Source: an uncultured Nitrospinota bacterium
GTDB taxonomy: Bacteria > Tectomicrobia > Entotheonellia > J063 > CAVPRW01
DNA: 64,000 bases
Assembly: GCA_963707985.1 (NCBI GenBank)
Contig: CAVPRW010000039.1
Coordinates: forward strand, 32,001-96,000
Direction: 5' to 3'
Part shown: in pieces, positions 11,155 to 20,897 of the stretch
Layout: the number at the start of each line of letters is the position of its first letter
Numbering within the stretch: the stretch's first letter is position 1
Translations under genes and position numbers: made by a program
Notes under the pieces: model-generated
The model's input: the letters and a program-made list of their open reading frames with translations, nothing else
The model's database searches: none
What the model was told of the DNA's origin: nothing

Positions 11155-11171
11155 ATTTTATTACATAAAAT
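11155..11171. promoter_or_regulatory. AT-rich inverted repeat ATTTTAT-N3-ATAAAAT upstream of the radical SAM gene
   Basis: perfect 7-bp arms inside an unusually AT-rich patch at about 11121-11180. Confidence 0.35.
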
Positions 11172-11229
11172 GTCATTAATCTGAAATGTCTTCGCGGGTG
11201 TGGAACTGTGGATTGGTCCATCTGTAGCC

Positions 11230-11400
11230 AGTATGTCTTGACAGACCACCAAGGCACATCCGTTGGATCAGTTCCGGTGTGACCCGTGTCGCATTGGCTA
11301 TGGCTTCATACGTCGCCGCACAGGTATGTAGGTACTGTTCGTGGATAGCCTTGAAGCCACACCAGTAGGTCCGGAGCGACACCCTTGCCCTCATTGGAGG
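11230..11400 (-). mobile_element. IS1595-family (ISXO2-like) transposase C-terminal remnant
   Basis: SLRTYWCGFKAIHEQYLHTCAATYEAIANATRVTP resembles the LRTYLRxFRGVHKxYLxxYVA C-terminal motif. Confidence 0.5.
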
Positions 11401-11969
11401 TGGGGCATGCGTTGCTCAAGTAGCCTGACGACGTGGTACCGCTTGCCTGATAGGCGTGTTGACATCTCCTGCCCGCTTCACTAGACTAGAGTTCTGTCCG
11501 GACACCTGTCTGGCTGATGCCGATGATGGCCGAGGCGGCATCAGCGAAGGAGTGCGTGCATGAAGAAGCGGCCTGCTAGTCTGTCTCCCGCCTTTGAGCG
11601 TCCGGCTCTGCCGGTGCTTCCTCGTCGCTCCCGGTCCTTGGTCCGCCCCAACTGCTGACCCCGTCCTTCCCCTGTGTCCTCACAACGCAGCTCCCATCAT
11701 CCATGGAGATGCCTCCCCCGCAGAGGGTTGGTGGCCCCATCAGGGTCGCCGTGAGGCGCCCCGTCGGCCCACGACCGTGACACCTGCTTATCCACATCCC
11801 CTCACCCGGGGCACTAGCATACTGCGCGTGCGGAGGACATCCACGAAAGGGGAACGCAATGCCCCAGCACGCAGACGTCAAGACGACTGGACACACGCCA
11901 GCTCACCGCGTCGCGGCCGTTGTAGAGATCGGTGAGCCAGGGAGGAGACTGGAAGCTCGAGTACCAGCG

Positions 11970-12386
11970 ATGTCTGATCGACATCGCTGGCCTGTCATCC
12001 CAACCTTCCTCGCGACCGTGGGCCTCGTTGGGCTCTTACTTGCCGCGATACCCGATGTCACCGACGGAAGCACCTCGCAGGGAGGACAGGTGGGCGTCGC
12101 CTCCTGGTATGGGAAACGGCATCAGGGACGCAAGACCGCCAGCGGGGAACGCTTCTCGCGGGGGAGCTTCACAGCGGCACATCGGTCCTTACCCCTCGGC
12201 ACCACGGTCATGGTCACCAACCTGCGGACGCAGCAGCGGGTGGTCGTCACCATTACGGATCGCGGACCCTACGGGGGCGGCTCGAAGCGCATCATCGACC
12301 TCTCCGAAGCGGCGGCCGCGCACGTAGGACTGCTACAGCGCGGCACCGAACGGGTGCAGGTCGTGGTGGTCGAGCCCGCCTCGTAG
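11970..12386 (+). CDS. rlpA: RlpA-family double-psi beta-barrel lytic transglycosylase
   Basis: GVASWYG...TASGE, TAAHRSLPLGT, ITDRGPY, IIDLS; N-terminal signal/TM segment. Confidence 0.88.
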   Translation: MSDRHRWPVIPTFLATVGLVGLLLAAIPDVTDGSTSQGGQVGVASWYGKRHQGRKTASGERFSRGSFTAAHRSLPLGTTVMVTNLRTQQRVVVTITDRGPYGGGSKRIIDLSEAAAAHVGLLQRGTERVQVVVVEPAS

Positions 12387-12413
12387 GTCTTATCTCGCAC
12401 CCGAAGGGACCGT

Positions 12414-12665
12414 ATGGTCGACATCTCCGTCGTCATGGAGGGCCTCAAAGCCCACACCTATGCACGGAGCGAGATCACGGACCTCCACGTGCAACAGATG
12501 AGCGAGAATACGGCGTTCGTGAGTGTCAGTCGGGTGCGGTACACATCAGATGGACAGGAATTGGAGCGGCTTGAGGAAACCTACACCCTCCAGCGGACCG
12601 ATGACGGCTGGAAAATTGTCGTGGCGATGATTCACGACTCGGAGACCCTCTTTCGGTGCGCGTAA
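12414..12665 (+). pseudogene. NTF2/SnoaL-like protein fragment (probably 5'-truncated)
   Basis: VRYTSDGQELERL..TYTLQRTDDGWKIVV C-terminal NTF2-fold pattern; only 83 aa. Confidence 0.5.
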
Positions 12666-12991
12666 GCGCTCCCCGAAGCAGGCCTGAAGTCAGGGACATG
12701 TCAGCTAGTCTCGGTGCTGAAGCCCAAGACGGCATGGGGGAGGCCGAGCAGTCAGGAGGAAAAAGAAGCAGTGGCTCCCCAGGCCGGGCCCCCAGTCGTA
12801 GGCGGACAGACATGCGCGAGCGACACCTCGGTGGCAAGATGGCCTCTGTCGAGCCCCGTTCATGGATCACGCCTTCCGGTGTGAGCGTGATCACAGCGGA
12901 CGAGAGGATCGCCGAAGAGTTGGCGTGAACCTGGTGAGCAACGTCGGCCCCTTGATTGCCGTTACACGGCCGGAAACCGCGGGCCGTCGAG

Positions 12992-13918
12992 CTACTTGAC
13001 CTCGACCAGCTCTAGAGCCTCGCGGCTCGGGCCTTCGATCATCACGGCGCGCGTGTCGCCGAGCTGATAGGGCTCTTCGAGGAACCTGACGCCTTCGCTG
13101 CGCAGCTTCGCGACCCAGGCGTCGAGGTCGGCGACGCTGAGCGCGACGTGATCCGAGACATGCCCGCGCGAGCTGGCGAGCGGCTGGTCCCCCTGGCGCA
13201 TGTACCAGAGGAACGCCACGTCGTCGAACTCGACGGCAGCCGCTGGCGTGCGAAACATCCCTTCCTGTTCGAGCGCCGGCCAGGTGCGATCGGGCCCGCG
13301 GGGCACCTGACAGGTGGCCTCGGTCAGGGGCGTGCGGCTGGTGCGCCCGGCATACACCGGCGCGTGCAGGTGCTTCTGGTACCAGAGCTGCGCACAGAAT
13401 GGATCCTCCTGGTACAGGTGCACGTGGTTGAAGCGCTCGGCCGGATGATTGCCGGCGTATTCCACAATGGCGTCGTCGGGGCCGCGCATGTACCCGAAGC
13501 CGCCGCTGCGGGTCGGCTGCACGCTTGTGGCCTTGGCGTCGGCAATCTGCGCCTGCGTCAGGCCGAGCACACCGTCTCTGCCGGGCCAGGTGTCGCTGCT
13601 GATGAACACCTCTCCGCCGTTGTCCCCGGTGTAGAGCGGCAGCAACTCGACGTCTGGCCGCCCGCGGTAGGTATCGCGGCGGGCGGGTGTGTCCGGAACG
13701 TGCCAGCCGAAGTGCCAGATCGCGGTCTGCGGCGACGTCGCGGGCGGGGTCGCGACCTTGGTGAACAGGATCAGGACGTTGGTTTGCGCCTTGAGAGCCG
13801 GCAGACCGCCCCAGCGCGTTTTCACCGAGGTTGGGAACTGCCTGGCGTAGAAGTCGATCGCCGTGTCGGGATCGACGGAGTTGAGATGCAAATGATGGAA
13901 GCCCGGAGCTGGAAGCAT
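12992..13918 (-). CDS. VOC (glyoxalase/bleomycin resistance) family protein
   Basis: FHHLHLNS, WHFGWHV, FNHVHL, DHVALSV and GPSREALELVE repeats; GGGGAG RBS. Confidence 0.85.
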   Translation of the reverse strand: MLPAPGFHHLHLNSVDPDTAIDFYARQFPTSVKTRWGGLPALKAQTNVLILFTKVATPPATSPQTAIWHFGWHVPDTPARRDTYRGRPDVELLPLYTGDNGGEVFISSDTWPGRDGVLGLTQAQIADAKATSVQPTRSGGFGYMRGPDDAIVEYAGNHPAERFNHVHLYQEDPFCAQLWYQKHLHAPVYAGRTSRTPLTEATCQVPRGPDRTWPALEQEGMFRTPAAAVEFDDVAFLWYMRQGDQPLASSRGHVSDHVALSVADLDAWVAKLRSEGVRFLEEPYQLGDTRAVMIEGPSREALELVEVK

Positions 13919-14322
13919 AGCAGTCTCCCCGTGGGCGGCAAGCGATGATGTCTTCGACGCCCACCATGACGTCGCCAGTGATGGGGTTCGGATCGCAGAG
14001 GAACCGAACACGCCGTTCTACCGTTCAGTGTCGTGAACCGCTCGAACTGATCCGTCTCAATGTCCCTCAGGGGGCGGCAGCCTGAGGGGTTTGCACAAGA
14101 GGTGTCTATGTGGCCGAAGATATCTGATTATTCGCGGACTGTCCAGTACACTGGAGGCCAGAACGTCAAGTTTTGCGCGGTTGCTACCGGAACCCCCTAC
14201 GTACGCTACCCTCGTGTCAGGAAATTGCGGATTTGAGGAATCAGCAAGCGTAAGCCCGTGGCTGAGACTGAGATCGGCATGAAGCCGACAAGGCCTGCCG
14301 TACCTCCTACCCTTTCGAGGAA

Positions 14323-15207
14323 TCACTCGCGGAAGAAATGGTCAAGTGCGGTGTAGACCTCTTTGGGCGCCTGTTCTTGTGGGTAATGCCCAGCAGGCAC
14401 GACGACGTACTGTACAACATTGGTCGCATACAGGGGCCAAGCTTCCCGCGGCTTGAAATACTGCTCGACGTGGCTTTTGTCTCCCCATAATACCAGCACG
14501 GGGCAGGTGACCTTGTGCCCCGCCTCGAAGTCTGCCGTGTCCATAGTGAAATCCAGTGTGGCCGCCGCACGGTAGTCCTCACACACGCTATGGATCTGCT
14601 CGGGCGTGCAGCAACGCAGATATTCGCCTACCGCCTCGGGCTCGAGCCCTCCCTGACCGTGCATATGCTTCTCCAGCTTCTTTTGCATATAGTACTCGAG
14701 GTTACTGGAGAGTAGACGTTCGGGGAAGTCATAGGGTTGAGCCATAAACATCCAGTGGTAGGAATGCAGCGCCCAACCGCGGGGAAACTCCGTCCACACC
14801 CGGTGGGTGGGGACGATCTCGATGCTCGCGAATTTACGGACGCGGTCCGGGTGATCCAACGCCAGTCGAAAAGCCGTGCGCGCACCGCGGTCATGCCCGG
14901 CGAGGAAGAATTCCCGGAAACCAAGCTGCTCCATGACTTCTACCTGATCCTGCGCCATGCGCCGGAACGTATAGTTGCTATGGTCGGGCAGTCCGCGCGG
15001 TTTCGAGCTGTCACCATAGCCACGCAGGTCGCTGGCCACCACGGTGAAGTACTCTGCCAGTCGTGGCGCAATCTTGTGCCAGGTCACGTGCGTCAGCGGG
15101 TTCCCATGCAAGAGCAAGAGCCCTGGGCCCGTGCCACCATAGCGCAGGTTGATCGTGACCTGTGGATCACTGGTCTGAAGCTGCAGGTGCTTAAAGCCTT
15201 CGAACAT
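14323..15207 (-). CDS. alpha/beta hydrolase, haloacetate (fluoroacetate) dehalogenase type
   Basis: LLLHGNP, DLRGYGDS, GHDRGAR, YHW, EDYRAA, GHYPQE. Confidence 0.85.
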   Translation of the reverse strand: MFEGFKHLQLQTSDPQVTINLRYGGTGPGLLLLHGNPLTHVTWHKIAPRLAEYFTVVASDLRGYGDSSKPRGLPDHSNYTFRRMAQDQVEVMEQLGFREFFLAGHDRGARTAFRLALDHPDRVRKFASIEIVPTHRVWTEFPRGWALHSYHWMFMAQPYDFPERLLSSNLEYYMQKKLEKHMHGQGGLEPEAVGEYLRCCTPEQIHSVCEDYRAAATLDFTMDTADFEAGHKVTCPVLVLWGDKSHVEQYFKPREAWPLYATNVVQYVVVPAGHYPQEQAPKEVYTALDHFFRE

Positions 15208-15273
15208 ATACGAGTCTCCTATTGCAAGGGTTTCTCTACAATATGCAGACACCTTGGGGTGTGGACAGCAGCC

Positions 15274-16344
15274 TTAGAGCTCCACGATGGCCCGTCCAGC
15301 GATCTCTCCGTGAGCCAAGGCGTCACACGCCTCATTGATCTGATCCAACGTGTAGCGTCGCGTCACCAGCTTGTCCAGTGGCAGCCGGCCCTCCCGGAAC
15401 CACCGGATGAACATGGGGAGATCGCGGTCAGGCCGGCATGAACCGCCCGGCGCGCCACGGAAGATCTTCCCGACGAACAGATCTCTGGGATTGATCGTCG
15501 GTGGGGCCCCATGAGGCACACCCACGAGTACGGCAGTACCCCCATCTTTCAGGCCATTCACCCCTGGTCGTGTCGCGGCCAGCATCTGTTCCGTCGTCTT
15601 GCCGAGGCCGATCGCATCGAACACGAAGTCGGCACCGCCCGTGGTGATCTCCACAATGCGCGCCACCGCATCCTCTCGAGACGCGTTGACGCCAAGGCTG
15701 GCACCAAACGTCTTCGCAAAGGCGATCTTCTCATCCGTGAGATCAACCACGATGATCGGGTAGGCACCCATGTTATACGCCGCCTGCAGCACACATAACC
15801 CCACCCCCCCAGCGCCGATGACGGCCACCGACTGCCCAGGGCGCACGTGGGCCGAGTTCACCACGGCACCACAGCCCGTCATGACGGCACACCCGACGAT
15901 GGCGGTGATGTCGGTGGGGGCTTCAGTATCGGCCAGCTGCACCACATACTGCTGATCGGCAATGGTGGCTTCCGCCCAGGTGAAGACACCCGTTGGCGAG
16001 CGATCGCCGTGGCGAACTTGCTTGCCCTGATAGGTAGCCGGCCATGGCGTCGGATCCGGAGTACTCTCCAATCGATCACGCTGCACCCAGGTCAGCATCA
16101 CCCGGTCACCCTCCTGGACATGGGTGACCTCCCGCCCTTTGGCGATTACCACCCCGGTGGATTCGTGGCCCAGCACCAACGGCCTGGGCAAAGCCGGGTT
16201 GTGGATCTGGTGGAGCTGTGAGTGGCATACCCCCGTGGCGAACTGTTTGACGATCACATGGGTGGGACCGGGGTCCCCGATCTCCAGATCATCGATTTCT
16301 AAGCGTCCGCCGACTTCGACGTTGATCGCTGCTTTGACCTTCAT
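15274..16344 (-). CDS. zinc-binding alcohol dehydrogenase (MDR family)
   Basis: GVCHS, LGHE, GCAVMTG, GAGGVG; GGAGG RBS before ATG 16344. Confidence 0.9.
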   Translation of the reverse strand: MKVKAAINVEVGGRLEIDDLEIGDPGPTHVIVKQFATGVCHSQLHQIHNPALPRPLVLGHESTGVVIAKGREVTHVQEGDRVMLTWVQRDRLESTPDPTPWPATYQGKQVRHGDRSPTGVFTWAEATIADQQYVVQLADTEAPTDITAIVGCAVMTGCGAVVNSAHVRPGQSVAVIGAGGVGLCVLQAAYNMGAYPIIVVDLTDEKIAFAKTFGASLGVNASREDAVARIVEITTGGADFVFDAIGLGKTTEQMLAATRPGVNGLKDGGTAVLVGVPHGAPPTINPRDLFVGKIFRGAPGGSCRPDRDLPMFIRWFREGRLPLDKLVTRRYTLDQINEACDALAHGEIAGRAIVEL

Positions 16345-16431
16345 GACGACCTCCATGCCAGTGAACGCATGTCGCGTGTGCTCGATCGCACCACGCGAGA
16401 TTCGTACAGATGATGTGCTGTAGCAAATTTC

Positions 16432-16588
16432 CCAGCAGGTAGCGCTCCCCTGCTTCGACACACGGGGGCAGGGGGAATGGTGGCAATTCCGCCACAAGCT
16501 GCTCTGGGGTGCGGGTGGCCCTTGCAAGACCTGCCGTTCTCTCGTATGATGACGCACTCAACACTTCCTGGGAGCTGCTACCTGTTGG
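16432..16588. repeat. long-range inverted repeat between divergent genes
   Basis: CCAGCAGGTAGC-GCTCCC (16432-16449) versus GGGAGCTGCTACCTGTTGG (16570-16588). Confidence 0.6.
16522..16550 (+). promoter_or_regulatory. sigma70-like promoter
   Basis: TTGCAA-N17-TATGAT. Confidence 0.5.
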
Positions 16589-16642
16589 TGTACCCATGAC
16601 AGCTTACAGACGATCGGCACACCTCCGAAGATGAAAGCGTCT

Positions 16643-17085
16643 ATGATGCCATGGCGCATGGTAACACTCAATCTCGAACAAAATCACAAACGCTGGGACG
16701 CGCGTCGTGAGCTGGTGATGATGCGCTCTGCCTGTATCAGGTGCAGCAGCTGTTATCCTGGCTCCAGACGCGTGACGGTGTGGCGGCCCGGATCGTATGT
16801 GGCGATTTCAATGCCACCCTGGAGATGCCCTCGGCACAGCTCATGGCCAGCCTCTTTCGCCCGACGCAGACCGCCCCTACCGCTTTTACTCCCCTGCAAG
16901 ACACGGATGGTAGCGTGTCCCATCCCAATTGGGCCCGGTTTGATCGGTGCATCGATTATGTCTGGCTGGCGGGACCGTTGGCTGTCCTTGCCAGCGGCGT
17001 ATGTTTCAACACCCCGAGTTCCACCGATCCGACATTGTGGCCCTCCGACCATGCGGGTGTCTGGGCCGATATGACCTTTGTCTAG
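16643..17085 (+). pseudogene. endonuclease/exonuclease/phosphatase (EEP) family gene with internal deletion
   Basis: MVTLNL..WDARRELV start joined out of frame near 16718 to VCGDFNA...IDYVW...WPSDHAGV. Confidence 0.75.
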
Positions 17086-17206
17086 AAACACAGATACGAT
17101 CAGATCGCACGACGGTTTTAATGGTAACCCGAACAGTACGAAGTTGTCGAGTTGGGTGCTGACGGCATAGCGACACAATTTCCCGACGATCATGGTCATG
17201 GGCAAC

Positions 17207-18424
17207 ATGAACATTCGTATTCTCGCCATGGGAACACGCGGTGATGTGCAGCCGTACGTCGCGTTAGGGGTGGGCCTGCAGCGTGTCGGCTATGATGTGA
17301 CGCTCGGCACCACCGCCGATTTCCGGTCGTTCGCGGAAGACTCTGGGCTTCCCTGTATTACTACGCAGCAGGACCTTCGCAGCCTGCTCGCGCACTGCCG
17401 CAGTGCGCGCGCCGCCCGTTGGGCGTTCTTTCGCATGATCCTCCAAGTCACGCCAGAACTGGCGGCAGGGGCCGATGCGCTCATCTATTCTCCGGCGTTT
17501 CTCCTCTCGGTCCCGCACCTGGTCGAACACATGGGCATCCCTGCCCTTCCCACTTCCTTGCAGCCGTTTCTGACCCCGACCCGGACATTTCCCGTTGTGG
17601 GCATGCCCGCTTTGCCGCTCGGGGGCGGGTACAATCGGCTCACCTACGTGCTGGCGGAAGCCTTCGTGACGCTGCTCCTGAGAGGCCGCATCAACCGTTG
17701 GCGTACTCAGACCCTGGGACTGCCCCGCTATCAGGGGTCTGGTTTGTTCTCGGCCTTACGCCAATCGGGTAGGCCGACCCTCTACGGGTTCAGCCCTATC
17801 GTGTTGCCCAAACCTGCCGACTGGGGTGCGCACATTCATGTCACAGGCTACTGGTTCCTGCCGCCCCAGGAGTGGCAGCCACCTGAGGGGCTGTGCCGTT
17901 TTCTGGCATCGGGTCCAACGCCCGTGTACATCGGCTTTGGGAGTATCGCAGACCCTAACCCCACCCAACTGATGCACACGATTTTGGAGGCCATTCAGCA
18001 CGCCAAGGTACGCGCCATCGTCGCATCAGGCTGGAGCGAATTGCAGACCACCGATCGATCGGACAATGTCCTGCTGATCGACAGTGCCCCACACCATTGG
18101 CTATTCCCGCGCGTCGCTGCGGCCGTGCATCACGGGGGTGCGGGGACGGTCGCGGCCAGCCTGCGGGCAGGGATTCCGACCCTAGTGATCCCATTCATGG
18201 CCGATCAACCCCTCTGGGGCCGGTGCGTCCATGCCCTCGGGGCTGGGCCCCCTCCCATACCTGCGGCGCGATTGTCCGGAATGGGGCTGGCACAGGCGCT
18301 ACGACAGATGCTGGACGATGAAGCCATGCGTCAACAGGCACACACGATCGGCTCAGCGATCCGCGCTGAAGATGGGGTGGCATCCGCTGTGCGGGTCATT
18401 TCCAAATGGGTGGCGAACAGGTAA
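17207..18424 (+). CDS. GT1 glycosyltransferase (sterol 3-beta-glucosyltransferase-like)
   Basis: GTRGDVQP, PVYIGFGS, VHHGGAGT, PFMADQ. Confidence 0.9.
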   Translation: MNIRILAMGTRGDVQPYVALGVGLQRVGYDVTLGTTADFRSFAEDSGLPCITTQQDLRSLLAHCRSARAARWAFFRMILQVTPELAAGADALIYSPAFLLSVPHLVEHMGIPALPTSLQPFLTPTRTFPVVGMPALPLGGGYNRLTYVLAEAFVTLLLRGRINRWRTQTLGLPRYQGSGLFSALRQSGRPTLYGFSPIVLPKPADWGAHIHVTGYWFLPPQEWQPPEGLCRFLASGPTPVYIGFGSIADPNPTQLMHTILEAIQHAKVRAIVASGWSELQTTDRSDNVLLIDSAPHHWLFPRVAAAVHHGGAGTVAASLRAGIPTLVIPFMADQPLWGRCVHALGAGPPPIPAARLSGMGLAQALRQMLDDEAMRQQAHTIGSAIRAEDGVASAVRVISKWVANR

Positions 18425-18577
18425 AGCCGTGCTGCTACAGAATCGTGCCGTCGACCATACGTTTGCATATGTTGCATCAGGATAGTCTGCGAGTCCCACG
18501 CAAGTTCCAGCCAAGTCTTGCAACACCTCAAGTGTGGGTGCTGCGCTGACCACCGTTTCGGTCAAGGGGAACCAGGC

Positions 18578-19450
18578 ATGCCGGAGCCTATACGAGATCA
18601 CTGGGCACAGTGGGTACTACATCGGCGCCACGGTGGTGATGCCGAGCAACAGCAAAGGAATCTAGAGTATTTGCTGCCTGTGCGTGATCACATCCTCCAA
18701 AACGCCAGGATCGCTGCGGATGACGTCGTGCTCGATGTGGGCAGTGGCGATGGACTCATTGCCTTCGGTGCTCTGGACCAGGTTGGGGAGCAGGGCCGGG
18801 TGATCTTGAGCGATATTTCCCAGGATTGCATGGCGTACTGTCAAGACCTCGTGCAACAGCTGGGAGTGGCGCAGCGGTGCCAGCTTCTATGCGCCTCAGC
18901 AGACGATCTCACGGCCTTGACGGCAGCCTCGGTGGATGTGATCACGACCCGATCGGTGCTGATTTTCGTGGCGGCCAAGGAGCGCGCCTTCCAGGAGTTC
19001 TACCGGGTCCTCAAGCCCAACGGCCGCCTATCGATTTTGGAGCCGATCAACCGCTACTTCGGCATTCCGGGACCGCCGGGGTATGATATTGCCCCGATTC
19101 AGGACATTTGGCACAAAATATCGGCGGTGTATGAGCGCCTGCAGCCGTCGGACGCCAATCCGATGGTGGACTTTGATGAACGCGACCTGCTGATGATGGC
19201 GGAGCGTGCGGGGTTTCGGGAAACCCACTTGGAGTTGCAGGTCAGGATCATGCCCATGCCACCGCTGCATTGGGACGTTTGGGTGCGCAGCTCTCCCCAT
19301 CCGTTGTTGCCGACGCTCGAAGAAGCGATGCATGAGGCGTTGACACCGGAGGAGATGGCACGCTGTGTCACGCATCTCCAACCGCTAATGGAGAGCGGAC
19401 ACGGGACCTGGCGCGACGCCGTCGCGTATCTCTGGGCAGTTAAACGCTAG
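18578..19450 (+). CDS. class I SAM-dependent methyltransferase
   Basis: VLDVGSGDG, SVDVI, EFYRVLKPNGRL. Confidence 0.88.
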   Translation: MPEPIRDHWAQWVLHRRHGGDAEQQQRNLEYLLPVRDHILQNARIAADDVVLDVGSGDGLIAFGALDQVGEQGRVILSDISQDCMAYCQDLVQQLGVAQRCQLLCASADDLTALTAASVDVITTRSVLIFVAAKERAFQEFYRVLKPNGRLSILEPINRYFGIPGPPGYDIAPIQDIWHKISAVYERLQPSDANPMVDFDERDLLMMAERAGFRETHLELQVRIMPMPPLHWDVWVRSSPHPLLPTLEEAMHEALTPEEMARCVTHLQPLMESGHGTWRDAVAYLWAVKR

Positions 19451-19467
19451 TTCTCGTATGCTCGGAA

Positions 19468-19495
19468 CAGCCTGCCATCCTTCCACGGCAGGCTG
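19468..19495. terminator. stem-loop between convergent genes
   Basis: CAGCCTGCC-N10-GGCAGGCTG; no clear U-tract. Confidence 0.45.
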
Positions 19496-19501
19496 GCGTG
19501 A

Positions 19502-20245
19502 TCAGGCGGAGAAGCCGCCGTCGATGGTCAAGCTGGCGCCGGTGACGAAGCCGGCTTCGGGACTGGCAAGGTAGGCGACCAGGCCGGCAATCTCGTGGCC
19601 CTGGCCGTAACGCGCCAGCGCCATCAAGCCTTTCAGATGCTCGGCAAATGACCCATCCGCTGGGTTCATGTCGGTATCGATCGGGCCGGGCTGGACGACG
19701 TTGACGGTGATGCCGCGCGGCCCCAGATCGCGGGCAAGCCCACGGGTGAGGCCGGCAACGGCCGCCTTGGTCATGGCGTAGACGCTGCCCCCCGCGAAGG
19801 GCATGCGGTCGGCATTGACGCTACCGATCGTGATGATGCGGCCGCCCTCGCCCATGTGGCGCGCCGCCTCCTGCGCGGCGACGAATACACCGCGGACATT
19901 CACCGCCACCATGCGGTCGAAGTCGTCAATGGAGAACTGGTCCAGTGGCATCACCACCGCGATCCCCGCATTATTGACCAGTACGTCGAGGCGGCCGAGC
20001 GTTCGCACCGTCTCGCCGACAACGCCTTTCACCGCTTCGACGTCGGCGCTGTCGGCCCGCATGGCCAGGGCCTGACCACCCGCCGCCGCGATGCTGCGCA
20101 CCACCTCGTCGGCCTTCTGCTGGGCGTTAGCATAAGTGATGGCGACGGCAGCACCGTCGCGCGCGAGCCGCTGCGCAATCGCCGCTCCAATACCCCGTGA
20201 GCCTCCGGTGACCAATGCCACTTTACCTGCCAGGTGCTTCGTCAT
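19502..20245 (-). CDS. short-chain dehydrogenase/reductase (SDR)
   Basis: TGGSRGIG, NNAG, YAMTK, PGPIDT. Confidence 0.93.
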   Translation of the reverse strand: MTKHLAGKVALVTGGSRGIGAAIAQRLARDGAAVAITYANAQQKADEVVRSIAAAGGQALAMRADSADVEAVKGVVGETVRTLGRLDVLVNNAGIAVVMPLDQFSIDDFDRMVAVNVRGVFVAAQEAARHMGEGGRIITIGSVNADRMPFAGGSVYAMTKAAVAGLTRGLARDLGPRGITVNVVQPGPIDTDMNPADGSFAEHLKGLMALARYGQGHEIAGLVAYLASPEAGFVTGASLTIDGGFSA

Positions 20246-20897
20246 GATATGGCTCCTTACCTGTATGTTGTATGTTCCACGTCGTGCATATGTCCCTAGC
20301 TATCCTACACATCGCCACGCTATTTCGCCAAGATCAGTCTCGGTCATGTGGAACGAATGCCACGTGGGGATGGCTCGTCAGCACGTGGCTGATGGGGCCG
20401 CTAGAGTAGAACGAGAGAGAGGAAGACATATGCTATGGAAACGAATGAACACAGCACTGACAGGTATAGGGCTGGGGGCTTCGGACAACATCAGGGATGG
20501 AGTGCGACGCCGAGCTGTAGCACCCACCTCACTCATGTCAGGCGTCGACATGACACATCTCCTGTGCGGATAGATCGAACGCGCTCAAACGTCAGCCGCT
20601 TTGGGTGATCAAACATGGTGTCGGGAATCGGGCAGATTGAGCCCTTGAAAATCGGAGCATTTTGCGAGTATATAGGGGCGGTCACGAAGCTTCGATGCAT
20701 CAAGGAGACGCCCACGATGAGACGTAAAGCCTCCGATCGATCGCTTGTTTCACCCACGCCAAGCAATCACTCCTCTGGTGAAATGGGAGAACCTCTCGTG
20801 ACCACCTCCGTTGCTACTCAAAGGCGATAGAACGGTGGTGCTTATGACTAAGGTTAACGGTGGAGCTACCCCATCAGCAAACCTTCAGGAGAAATCC

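Noticed and set aside
12891..13967. 358-aa Arg-rich minus-strand ORF
   Set aside because: Alternative frame of the GC-rich VOC gene.
16432..16588. 6S RNA candidate
   Set aside because: A closing stem is present, but I could not build the long rod with central bubble, and a promoter lies inside.
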